Source: Bacteroidales bacterium (GTDB lineage Bacteria; Bacteroidota; Bacteroidia; Bacteroidales; UBA12077). From it: DNA of 64,000 nucleotides. This document shows, piece after piece, positions 28,567 through 37,627 of this stretch (positions are counted from its first letter, which is position 1; each line of letters begins with the position of its first letter). The DNA lies in NCBI GenBank assembly GCA_050179935.1, contig JBFXEQ010000008.1:30905-94904 (forward strand), given 5' to 3'. Under the pieces are notes generated by a model, which was not told where the DNA came from, ran no database searches, and worked only from the letters and a program-made list of their open reading frames with translations. A program made the position numbers and the translations under genes.

Positions 28567-28819
28567 AAACTATTTAAAAATTCTGTTCTGTTTTCGGGTT
28601 ACTAAATTATACTAAATAAATAAATCACCAAAATTTTTAAAATAGTGTAATAAGCAGAAAATAATTAGCAAACACCTTAAAACCATCAAAATATTAATAT
28701 AACTAATACCTGATTTTAAAACTATTTTTCTGGATTTCATCAAAATATGTTTAAAAAAACCTTTTAATAAGATAGCTGTTTAATAAAAGTAAAAACTATT
28801 TATTAAATTTGCACTATTT
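28567..28819. promoter_or_regulatory. Repeated AAACTATTT motif in the divergent promoter region
   Basis: Exact 9-mer AAACTATTT at 28567-28575, 28719-28727 and 28793-28801, plus CACTATTT at 28812-28819. All lie inside the 380-bp spacer between the two arms. Confidence 0.35.
28804..28811 (+). promoter_or_regulatory. -7 promoter box for the plus-arm operon (TAAATTTG)
   Basis: Exact TAnnTTTG match, 77 nt upstream of the ATG at 28888. The context TAAATTTGCACTATTTA resembles TAATTTTGCACTTTACTA at 39146. Confidence 0.35.
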
Positions 28820-28887
28820 ATAAATTAAGGAAAATAGTCCAATTTATTGATTAACTGAATATTAATATCAAATAATATTAAATTACT

Positions 28888-30429
28888 ATGGTAATTATTG
28901 GAGGGAGAAACCTCAACATTGACGATTTTTACAAGATTTTATTTAAAGACGAAAAGGTAGAACTAGATTCATCAGCCTTAATAAAAGTAAAAGAGAATTA
29001 TGATTTTTTAAGTGAGTTTTCGAAGAATAAAGTTATTTATGGGATTAATACGTGTTTTGGTCCCATGGCTCAGTATAAAATCAGCGATGTTGACCAGGTT
29101 CAACTGCAATTAAACCTAATTCGCAGTCATGCTGCCGGCTCGGGAAATCCGTTACCCGAAATTTATGTAAAAGCAGTAATGGTTGGCCGTTTAAATACAT
29201 TTATGCGTGGTTTTTCTGGCGTTCATGTTGATGCAGTGCATTTATTAAAAGAATTTATTAACAGACATATCTATCCGAAAATTTTAGAACATGGAGGAGT
29301 TGGCGCAAGTGGAGATTTAGTGCAGTTAGCTCATTTAGCATTAAATTTAATTGGAGAAGGGGAAATCTATTTTGATGGTAAGTTTAGGCCTGCAAAAGAG
29401 GTTTTTAAAGCAAATAATCTAACTCCATTAAAGGTTTATTTGCGTGAAGGTTTAGCATTAATCAATGGAACCTCTTGTATGACTGGTATTGGATTAATAA
29501 ACCTTATACATGCCAAAAATATTTTAAATTGGTCACTCATCTCTTCAACATTAACAAACGAAGTTGTTGAATCAGCTGATGATCACTTTTCTAAAGAACT
29601 TAACCAGGTTAAACTCCATAAAGGACAAAACCTTATTGCTCAAGAAATGTGCAGAATTGTTGAATCGAGCAAATTGATTCAAAAGAGAGCTGATCTGTTT
29701 TATAATAATAAAATTGATGTTGGAGTAATAAAAGTAAAAGTTCAGGAATATTACTCCCTTCGATGCGTACCCCAAGTTCTTGGACCCATCTATGAAACAA
29801 TTGAAAATGCAGAAAAAGTACTTATTAATGAAGTAAACTCTGTTAACGATAACCCTATTATTGATAAAGGAAATGTTGATGTTTTTCATGGTGGGAATTT
29901 CCATGGCGACTATGTTTCTTTAGAAATGGACAAACTTAAGATTGTAATAACCAAGTTAACTATGCTTGTTGAAAGACAGATTAACTATTTATACAACAAT
30001 AAGATAAACGAAAAATTTCCGCCTTTTGCAAACCTAGGAGTAATTGGCTTAGATTTAGGTTTACAGGCAGCTCAATTTACCGCAACATCTACTACTGCCG
30101 AAAATCAAACCCTGTCAAATCCAATGTATATTCATAGCATACCAAATAATGGAGATAATCAGGATATTGTTAGTATGGGGACAAACGCAGCTATAATGAC
30201 AAAAAAAGTTATTGAGAATTCATATCAAGTATTAGCAATTAAATATTTAAGTTTACTTCAGGTAATTGACTATATGAATTTTAAAGATAGAATTTCTGAT
30301 ACTGGTAAGGATATTTATAATAAGATGAGAGCTATTGTTCCAAAAATTATTAAAGATGAGCCTTTGTACGTTCATATTGAAAATATTAAACAGTATTTAG
30401 TTCAAAACAGACCAAACCGCATTAATTAA
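28888..30429 (+). CDS. MIO-dependent aromatic amino acid ammonia-lyase (HAL/TAL/PAL family)
   Basis: 513 aa. GVGASGDLVQLAHLA contains the Ala-Ser-Gly MIO triad. YGINTCFGPMA and NLIRSHAAGSG match family motifs. Confidence 0.9.
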   Translation: MVIIGGRNLNIDDFYKILFKDEKVELDSSALIKVKENYDFLSEFSKNKVIYGINTCFGPMAQYKISDVDQVQLQLNLIRSHAAGSGNPLPEIYVKAVMVGRLNTFMRGFSGVHVDAVHLLKEFINRHIYPKILEHGGVGASGDLVQLAHLALNLIGEGEIYFDGKFRPAKEVFKANNLTPLKVYLREGLALINGTSCMTGIGLINLIHAKNILNWSLISSTLTNEVVESADDHFSKELNQVKLHKGQNLIAQEMCRIVESSKLIQKRADLFYNNKIDVGVIKVKVQEYYSLRCVPQVLGPIYETIENAEKVLINEVNSVNDNPIIDKGNVDVFHGGNFHGDYVSLEMDKLKIVITKLTMLVERQINYLYNNKINEKFPPFANLGVIGLDLGLQAAQFTATSTTAENQTLSNPMYIHSIPNNGDNQDIVSMGTNAAIMTKKVIENSYQVLAIKYLSLLQVIDYMNFKDRISDTGKDIYNKMRAIVPKIIKDEPLYVHIENIKQYLVQNRPNRIN

Positions 30430-30435
30430 TAAAGA

Positions 30436-31164
30436 ATGAAATACGCATTAGTTACAGGTGGATCAAGGGGCATTGGAAAAGCAATCTGCTTAAGAATTGC
30501 TCAAATGGGATATACTGTAATCATTAACTATAGGAATAACGACGAAGAAGCGAATAATACACTCCAACTAATCAAATCTGAAGGAGGTAATGCTGAATTA
30601 TTAAAATTTGATGTTTCTGATCCTGAACAAATAAAATCTGCCATCGAAAACTGGAAATCAACCCATGCCGATCAGCATATTGAAGTTCTTATTAATAACG
30701 CTGGTATTCGCAAAGACGGGTTGATCATGTGGATGAAAGATGATGAATGGAATGATGTTATCTCAACCAATCTAAATAGTTTCTTTCAGGTAACCCGACT
30801 TCTTGTTACCGATATGCTTGTAAAAAGATATGGACGAATTGTAAATGTTGTGTCTTTATCGGGAATAAAGGGTTTACCAGGACAAACAAATTATTCAGCA
30901 GCAAAAGGAGGCGTAATTGCAGCCAGTAAAGCACTAGCACAGGAAGTAGCGAAGAAAAACGTTACTGTGAACTGTGTTGCTCCAGGTTTTATAAAAACTG
31001 ATATGACAAAAGAACTTGATGAGAATCAGTTAAAACAAATGATTCCAATGAGTCGGTTTGGAAAACCAGAAGAAGTAGCCGAAGCTGTGGCTTTTCTTGC
31101 ATCAGACAAAGCCTCGTATATTACAGGAGCAGTTATTTCAGTTAACGGAGGATTATATACATAA
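30436..31164 (+). CDS. fabG: 3-oxoacyl-ACP reductase (SDR)
   Basis: 242 aa. It has TGGSRGIGKAI (cofactor binding), NNAG, and the YSAAKGG catalytic YxxxK. Confidence 0.9.
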   Translation: MKYALVTGGSRGIGKAICLRIAQMGYTVIINYRNNDEEANNTLQLIKSEGGNAELLKFDVSDPEQIKSAIENWKSTHADQHIEVLINNAGIRKDGLIMWMKDDEWNDVISTNLNSFFQVTRLLVTDMLVKRYGRIVNVVSLSGIKGLPGQTNYSAAKGGVIAASKALAQEVAKKNVTVNCVAPGFIKTDMTKELDENQLKQMIPMSRFGKPEEVAEAVAFLASDKASYITGAVISVNGGLYT

Positions 31165-31193
31165 TAACCATAAAAACACTTTAAAGTACTTAT

Positions 31194-32417
31194 ATGAATA
31201 GAGTGGTTATAACAGGAATGGGGATTTATTCCACGATTGGCAAAAATATCGAAGAAGTAAGGCAATCATTATATATTGGTCGTTCAGGTATTGGTTTTGA
31301 TCCTTATCGAAAAGAACTGGGATTTAGATCCGGACTAACCGGAGTACTTGAAATGCCAAACCTGAAAGGTGAAATTACACGTCGTCAAAGAGTTGGTATG
31401 GCCGAAGAAGCAGATTACGCCTATGTTGCTACTGTAGAAGCTTTAAAACAATCGAAAATTGATGCAGATTTTTTAGATAAAAATGATATTGGTATTTTAT
31501 ATGGTAACGATAGCTCAGGAAAAGCAGTTTGTGATGCCTACGATGTATTAAAAGAAAAAAAAGATACAGCATTGTTGGGTTCTGGAGCTATCTTTCAATC
31601 AATGAACTCAACCATAACAATGAATTTATCTACCATTTTTAAATTAAAAGGAATAAATCTTACCATTAGCGCAGCTTGTGCCAGCGGCTCTCACTCAATT
31701 GGAATGGGATATTTCTTTATTCGAAACGGTTTGCAAGATATTATAATATGTGGTGGTGGACAGGAAATAAATTTTCATTCAATGAGCAGTTTTGATGGAC
31801 TAAGCGCTTTTTCAATTCGCGAAAGTGAACCTCAAAAAGCCTCACGGCCATTCGATCGTGATCGGGATGGATTAGTTCCCAGTGGTGGAGCAGCAACCGT
31901 TATACTCGAAAGTTATGAATCAGCTGTACGAAGAGGAGCTCCAATACTTGCTGAAGTTATCGGGTATGGATTTTCATCAAATGGCGATCATATTTCTGTT
32001 CCAAATGTCGAAGGACCAGCAAAATCGCTCGAAATGGCACTACGAGATGCAAACGTTAAAGCATCAGAAATAGATTATATTAATGCACATGCAACAGCAA
32101 CTCCCGTTGGTGATTTAAATGAAGCACAAGCTATTTCTAAAGTTTTTGGACCTAAAACACCTTATATTAGTTCTACAAAATCAATGACTGGCCATGAAAT
32201 GTGGATGGGTGGCGCAAGTGAGATTATTTATTCCATTTTGATGATGCAAAGCTCATTTATAGCCCCAAATATAAATTTCGAAAATCCTGATGAGTACTCA
32301 GCTAAACTAAATATAACAGCAGAAACAATAAAAAATAAAAATATAGATCTGTTCCTTTCTAACTCTTTTGGGTTTGGTGGAACAAACTCAACACTGATTG
32401 TGAAAAAAATTAAATAA
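31194..32417 (+). CDS. Beta-ketoacyl-ACP synthase (KAS I/II type), KS-1
   Basis: 407 aa. The catalytic triad is present: AACASGSHS (Cys), INAHATATPVGD (His), SMTGHEMWMGG (His). Confidence 0.9.
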   Translation: MNRVVITGMGIYSTIGKNIEEVRQSLYIGRSGIGFDPYRKELGFRSGLTGVLEMPNLKGEITRRQRVGMAEEADYAYVATVEALKQSKIDADFLDKNDIGILYGNDSSGKAVCDAYDVLKEKKDTALLGSGAIFQSMNSTITMNLSTIFKLKGINLTISAACASGSHSIGMGYFFIRNGLQDIIICGGGQEINFHSMSSFDGLSAFSIRESEPQKASRPFDRDRDGLVPSGGAATVILESYESAVRRGAPILAEVIGYGFSSNGDHISVPNVEGPAKSLEMALRDANVKASEIDYINAHATATPVGDLNEAQAISKVFGPKTPYISSTKSMTGHEMWMGGASEIIYSILMMQSSFIAPNINFENPDEYSAKLNITAETIKNKNIDLFLSNSFGFGGTNSTLIVKKIK

Positions 32418-32439
32418 TTAAATCTGAGAGGATTAAAAA

Positions 32440-32688
32440 ATGGATAAGCAGGAGATTATTACCAAAATAAACAGCTTTTTAATTGAGGAATTCGAACTTG
32501 AAGAAAACCAGTTACAGCCAAATGCAAGTTTAAAAGAGACCTTAGAGATAGATAGCCTTGATTATGTTGATTTGGTAGTTATTATAGAAAGAAACTTCGG
32601 ATTCAAAGTAAAAGGAGGAGATTTTGCCACCATAAAAACACTCCAGGATTTTTATGACTACATCATAAAACATGCTAATTCGAATTAA
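32440..32688 (+). CDS. Acyl carrier protein
   Basis: 82 aa. LEIDSLDYVDLV is the attachment motif. Confidence 0.85.
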   Translation: MDKQEIITKINSFLIEEFELEENQLQPNASLKETLEIDSLDYVDLVVIIERNFGFKVKGGDFATIKTLQDFYDYIIKHANSN

Positions 32689-32723
32689 TCTGAGATAAAG
32701 AAAGCTTACGGAGGGTTTTTTGG

Positions 32724-33620
32724 ATGCCATCATGGAAAGGTCAGTCACGCGGAACGGTATTAGGGTATAAGATTTTTGTTTTTACACTAAAACATCTTGG
32801 GCTTTCATTTGCTTATTTTATATTGATTTTTGTTGCATTTTACTTTTTTCTATTTTCATCAGCCAGTACAAAGGAAATCTATTTCTATTTCAGGAAGATT
32901 CATAAATTTTCAGTTCTAAAATCCATTTTCGGAGTATATCGCAATTACTATACTTTTGGGCAGGTTTTGCTCGATAAGTTTGCCATTTTAGGTGGTCTTA
33001 AAGGTAAATTCACTTACAACTTTGACGGAGAGCATCATTTGCAACAAATGGCTAATGAAAAAACAGGGGGAATAATTGTAACAGCTCATATGGGAAGCTT
33101 TGAAACTGCTGGTCAGTTGCTCGAGCGAATTAATTCAAGAATCAATCTTATTATGCTCGATGCAGAGCACAAACAAATAAAACAGTACGTTTCTGATGTT
33201 TTAAGCAATAAAGGAATTAACCTTATTGCAATACAAGACGATATGTCTCATGTAGTACCAATTAGTACGGCTCTAATCAACAAAGAACTAATTGCAATTG
33301 CAGGTGATCGGTTTATGAACGATAATAAAGCGTTTAAGGTAGATTTTATGGGCAAAAAAGCTTTTTTCTCTAGTGGCCCATTTTATCTGGCTGCCCGATT
33401 TGGCGTTCCGGTAACTTATGCCTTTGCGATGAAGGAATCGAAAACACATTATCACTTTTTTGCATCAGCACCTATTTATATTACTAAAACAACTAAAAAA
33501 GAAGAACAGGATAAAGTTCTGCAACAATATGTTGAGCAATATGCGAAGGAATTTGAAAAAATGGTACGTAAATATCCTTATCAATGGTTTAATTATTACC
33601 CTTTCTGGGAAAAAAACTAA
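32724..33620 (+). CDS. Lysophospholipid/lipid A-biosynthesis-type acyltransferase (LPLAT, HtrB/LpxL-like)
   Basis: 298 aa. It has an N-terminal TM segment, the length and layout of the LPLAT acyltransferases found in aryl-polyene clusters, and the segments VTAHMGSFE and IAGDR. Confidence 0.65.
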   Translation: MPSWKGQSRGTVLGYKIFVFTLKHLGLSFAYFILIFVAFYFFLFSSASTKEIYFYFRKIHKFSVLKSIFGVYRNYYTFGQVLLDKFAILGGLKGKFTYNFDGEHHLQQMANEKTGGIIVTAHMGSFETAGQLLERINSRINLIMLDAEHKQIKQYVSDVLSNKGINLIAIQDDMSHVVPISTALINKELIAIAGDRFMNDNKAFKVDFMGKKAFFSSGPFYLAARFGVPVTYAFAMKESKTHYHFFASAPIYITKTTKKEEQDKVLQQYVEQYAKEFEKMVRKYPYQWFNYYPFWEKN

Positions 33621-33623
33621 ATA

Positions 33624-34982
33624 ATGAAAGAGAATAAAATATTACTTATATCAGCCAACCAGCATATTATTCCATATCCAGTATATCCAATTGGGTTGGC
33701 ATATATATCAACATTTTTAAAAGAAAAACTCCCGAATTATACAATCCAGCTATCTGACCTGAATTTGTCATCAATCGAGGATGTAAAAAAGATGATATCC
33801 GAATATAATCCAAAATATATCGGTGTTTCATTCAGGAATGTTGATGATGTTAACTCCTATAACCGCGAATATTTTATTAATCATTATAAAAAGTTAATCG
33901 AATCAATCCGTGAGGTAACCAAAGCCTATATTATAATTGGCGGTTCAGGATTTTCAATTTTTCCTGAGCTTATGTATAAAAAACTAAATCCTGATTTTGG
34001 TATTTATGGCGAAGGCGAAGAAAGTTTTTTAAAACTAATTACCGCGCTGGATAATAACGATGATTATACCAATATTAGTCGGTTAATCTATTCGAAAAAT
34101 GGACAGTGTATCTTTAACAAAAAAGAAAGCTATTTCAGCGATTTGTCACTAAACTTTGATGAAAGCATCATCGATTTTTATTGGCAGCGAAGCGGAATGC
34201 TCAATATTCAAACAAAAAGAGGTTGTCCGTATAATTGTATTTATTGCACCTATCCGGTAATCGAAGGTAAAAAAGTAAGAACATTAAATACCGATAAAAT
34301 TATACAAACCTTAAAAACCCTTTATTATCAAAAAGGAATTGATTACGTATTTTTTACAGATTCAGTATTCAATATAAAAAACGAATATAATTACGAACTG
34401 GCAGAAAAAATAATTCATAGCGGGATAAAGATTAAATGGGGTGGATATTTTACATTTACAAATTTACCTGAAAATCTGCTGGTTTTACTTAAAAAATCAG
34501 GACTAAGCCATATTGAGTTTGGTACCGAATCGATATCAGACAAAAGTCTTAAAAACTATGGTAAAAACTTTACCGTAAATGATGTGTTAGAGAAATCAGC
34601 CCTCTGCAATAAACTCGAAATTGATTTTGCTCATTTTCTTATTCTTGGCGGATATGGCGAAACAGAAGAAACAGTTAATGAGACTTTTGAAAACTCAAAA
34701 AAAATCGATAGATCAGTATTCTTTCCCTTTGTAGGCATGCGCATTTATCCTGGTACAAAATTGCACGAATATGCTTTAGCAGAAGGCAAACTTAGAAAAG
34801 AAGAAGATTTGATCGAACCAAAATATTATATTTCGGACAAAGTTAATTACGACACATTAAAACAAAGAGCAAAAAATACCGGTCGCAGATGGGTATTTCC
34901 GGATGAAGATGCAAGTGAAGTTATGAATAAGTTACGACTTAAAAATAAAAAAGGACCACTATGGGAATACTTGATCATGTAA
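33624..34982 (+). CDS. B12-binding-domain radical SAM protein (paralog 3 of 3)
   Basis: 452 aa. It has an N-terminal B12-binding-like segment (YPIGLAYISTFLK...YIGVSFRN) and the motif CPYNCIYC. Confidence 0.8.
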   Translation: MKENKILLISANQHIIPYPVYPIGLAYISTFLKEKLPNYTIQLSDLNLSSIEDVKKMISEYNPKYIGVSFRNVDDVNSYNREYFINHYKKLIESIREVTKAYIIIGGSGFSIFPELMYKKLNPDFGIYGEGEESFLKLITALDNNDDYTNISRLIYSKNGQCIFNKKESYFSDLSLNFDESIIDFYWQRSGMLNIQTKRGCPYNCIYCTYPVIEGKKVRTLNTDKIIQTLKTLYYQKGIDYVFFTDSVFNIKNEYNYELAEKIIHSGIKIKWGGYFTFTNLPENLLVLLKKSGLSHIEFGTESISDKSLKNYGKNFTVNDVLEKSALCNKLEIDFAHFLILGGYGETEETVNETFENSKKIDRSVFFPFVGMRIYPGTKLHEYALAEGKLRKEEDLIEPKYYISDKVNYDTLKQRAKNTGRRWVFPDEDASEVMNKLRLKNKKGPLWEYLIM

Positions 34983-35404
34983 TTGCTGAAGGAGAAATTA
35001 TTCAGAGATTTATTCCTCAGCGAAGCCCAATGATTATGGTTGAAAAACTGCATATGGCCGAAGGAGGTAAAACCATCAGCAGTTTAACCATAAAAGCAGA
35101 AAATATTTTTTGTAAAGATGATTTGCTTGAAGAGCCCGGATTAATTGAGAATATTGCTCAAACTGCCGCATTAGGAGTTGGATTTGCATTCAGTAACGAG
35201 AATAAAAACATTCCTACCGGTTATATTGGGGCTGTTCAGAAGCTTGCTATTCATTTACTTCCTAAGGTTGGATCTACCATTATTACTGAGGTAAATGTTG
35301 AGCATGAAGTTTTTAACACTACCTTAATTAATGGTAAAATTACCTGCAACAATGAACTAATTGCCGAATGTACAATGAAGATTTTTTTAGATGAGAAAAA
35401 ATAA
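34961..35404 (+). CDS. Hotdog-fold 3-hydroxyacyl-ACP dehydratase-like protein (DH-1)
   Basis: 147 aa. FIPQRSPMIMVEKL and GLIENIAQTAAL resemble the dehydratases of APE/flexirubin clusters. The start overlaps the upstream gene by 22 nt and is uncertain. Confidence 0.65.
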   Translation: MGILDHVIAEGEIIQRFIPQRSPMIMVEKLHMAEGGKTISSLTIKAENIFCKDDLLEEPGLIENIAQTAALGVGFAFSNENKNIPTGYIGAVQKLAIHLLPKVGSTIITEVNVEHEVFNTTLINGKITCNNELIAECTMKIFLDEKK

Positions 35405-35428
35405 ATCTGAAAATTAAAATCTACACAA

Positions 35429-35833
35429 ATGGAAAAAAATAAAGTACCCCAGGACGAAGGAATCACAGCAGGAATAACCAGAGAAGTACAATATGCCATT
35501 GATGAAAACGGTAAATATATAAAAACATTTAGTAAAGGTTGGGAGCCCAAAAATATTGTTAATTCAATTGCTTGGGATCTAATAAATGAACGTGTTGAAA
35601 TGGCTGATGAGAAAATTCGTAAGGGCAAAGCCAGCCCTATTTTGCATTTTATGGAGAAACATCAGATGAATATTTCTATCCTAGCTGATTATACTGAGAT
35701 TCCCAGAATTAAAGTTTGGTGGCATTTGAAACCAAAAGGATTTAAGAACATCAAGGATGAATATCTCAAAGCATATTCACAAGTTTTTGAGGTAAGTATT
35801 GAGGAGATTATTCAATTTAATCCAACTAAATAA
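35429..35833 (+). CDS. Small HTH-like protein, paralog B
   Basis: 134 aa. ASPILHFMEKHQMNISILADYTEIPRIKVWWHLKPKGFKNIKDEYLKAYSQVFEVSIEEIIQ aligns with 28007-28507. Confidence 0.5.
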   Translation: MEKNKVPQDEGITAGITREVQYAIDENGKYIKTFSKGWEPKNIVNSIAWDLINERVEMADEKIRKGKASPILHFMEKHQMNISILADYTEIPRIKVWWHLKPKGFKNIKDEYLKAYSQVFEVSIEEIIQFNPTK

Positions 35834-35842
35834 AGTTACAAA

Positions 35843-36859
35843 ATGGATTTGAACACAAAATTAGAGTTTCAGCATATACCAGCAGGACATTGTGAGAACG
35901 GAGTAATATCGAGTCTTTTAAAATATCATGGGTTAGAATTAAGCGAAGCTATGATTTTTGGAATTGGCAGCGGACTGTTTTTTGCATATATGCCATTTGT
36001 AAAAGTAAATGGTATTCCTACAGCATCATTTAGGCCAGTGCCGGGGATGATTTTTACCCGTGCTGCGAAAAGACTTGGCATAAAAATGAAAAAACAAACC
36101 TTTCGTAATCAGCCTAAAAGAGCAATGGAAGAGCTCGACAGAACTCTTGCACAAGGACTTCCGGTTGGTATTCAAGGTGGAGTTTATCATTTATCGTATT
36201 TTCCACCTGCCTATCGCTTTCATTTTAATGCTCATAACTTAACTGTTTTCGGAAAAGAGGAGAACACCTATTTTATTAGCGATCCCGTTATGGAATACTC
36301 CACTACGTTAACATACGACGAAATGGTGAAAGTACGATTTGCAAAAGGAGCTTTTCCACCAAATGGCCGAATGTATTACCCTATAAGTATTCCTGATAAA
36401 ATAGATCTGCCATCAGCAATAAAAAAAGGCATCAAACAAACCTGCGAATACATGTTAACAATACCTGTTCCATTATTTGGCGTAAAAGGGATAAGATATC
36501 TGGCTGGCAGAATGCGGAAATGGCCAAATCGATTAGGACCCAAGAAAGCGGCTATTTATCTTGCACAAGTGGTAAGAATGTTAGAAGAAATAGGAACCGG
36601 AGGCGCTGGATTTAGATTTATTTATGCTGCCTTTTTGCAAGAATCTGCAATCGTGTTGGAAAATCCTAAATTTGAAGATTTATCGAAAGAGATGACAAAA
36701 ATTGGTGATATGTGGAGGAAGTTTTCTTCGCAAGCAGCCCAAACCTGTAAAGGAAGATCTGCAGAACCTGATGGGTATAATACAGCTGCTAATTTATTGT
36801 TAGAAATTGCAGATGCTGAAGAGAAATTATTTAAAGAACTAAGGAAAACGATTAACTAA
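35843..36859 (+). CDS. BtrH N-terminal-domain / DUF4872-like protein, paralog B
   Basis: 338 aa. Contains AGHCENGVISSLLKYHGL...IFGIGSGLFF. The shared blocks VRFAKGAFPPNGRMYY, GVKGIR, IGTGGAGFRFIYAAFL and ADAEEKLFKEL match paralog A. Confidence 0.65.
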   Translation: MDLNTKLEFQHIPAGHCENGVISSLLKYHGLELSEAMIFGIGSGLFFAYMPFVKVNGIPTASFRPVPGMIFTRAAKRLGIKMKKQTFRNQPKRAMEELDRTLAQGLPVGIQGGVYHLSYFPPAYRFHFNAHNLTVFGKEENTYFISDPVMEYSTTLTYDEMVKVRFAKGAFPPNGRMYYPISIPDKIDLPSAIKKGIKQTCEYMLTIPVPLFGVKGIRYLAGRMRKWPNRLGPKKAAIYLAQVVRMLEEIGTGGAGFRFIYAAFLQESAIVLENPKFEDLSKEMTKIGDMWRKFSSQAAQTCKGRSAEPDGYNTAANLLLEIADAEEKLFKELRKTIN

Positions 36860-37617
36860 TGCAAAAAAATCAACCCATAATTGAATTAAAACATCTGACC
36901 AAGATCTATAAAGGCTCTCATGAACCAGCAATTGATAATCTTAATCTAGAGATTGAAGCTGGCGAAATATACGGACTGCTTGGCCCAAATGGAGCAGGAA
37001 AAACAACTACTATTTCAATTCTCTGTGGACTGTTCTATCCAACTGCCGGAAATGTTTTTATTGATGGAATGGAATATGCCCATTCGGCCGAAAAAATTAA
37101 AAGTGTTATCGGCGTTGTTCCTCAGGATATAGCCTTGTACCCATCATTAACTGCAAAAGAAAATCTGATCTTTTTTGGTCATCTGTACGGATTAAAAGGA
37201 AAACAGCTTAGAGAAAGAATAAACGAATGTCTCGAATTATTTGGGTTAGAAAATTCGATGAATAGAAAAATAAAAACCTACTCGGGCGGAATGAAACGAA
37301 GAATAAACCTGATTGCAGGGATTCTTCATAAACCTAAAGTAATCTTTTTAGATGAGCCTACTGTTGGTGTTGATGTACAGTCGAGAAATGTTATTCTAAA
37401 TCACCTTAGAAATATAAATAAAGATGGAACAACTTTAATTTATACTTCTCATTACATGGAGGAAGCAGAGAATTTCTGCACACGTGTTGCTATTATAGAT
37501 GAAGGAAAAATAATTACAGAAGGTAGACCAAAAGAATTAATTAAGAATAATAAAGAATTTAAAGATCTGGAAAGTATGTTCTTGCATTTAACAGGTAAAG
37601 CCCTTCGCGACGAATAA
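36859..37617 (+). CDS. ABC transporter ATP-binding protein
   Basis: 252 aa. It has Walker A GPNGAGKTT, signature YSGGMKRR and Walker B IFLDEPT. Confidence 0.9.
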   Translation: MQKNQPIIELKHLTKIYKGSHEPAIDNLNLEIEAGEIYGLLGPNGAGKTTTISILCGLFYPTAGNVFIDGMEYAHSAEKIKSVIGVVPQDIALYPSLTAKENLIFFGHLYGLKGKQLRERINECLELFGLENSMNRKIKTYSGGMKRRINLIAGILHKPKVIFLDEPTVGVDVQSRNVILNHLRNINKDGTTLIYTSHYMEEAENFCTRVAIIDEGKIITEGRPKELIKNNKEFKDLESMFLHLTGKALRDE

Positions 37618-37627
37618 AATTAAAACT

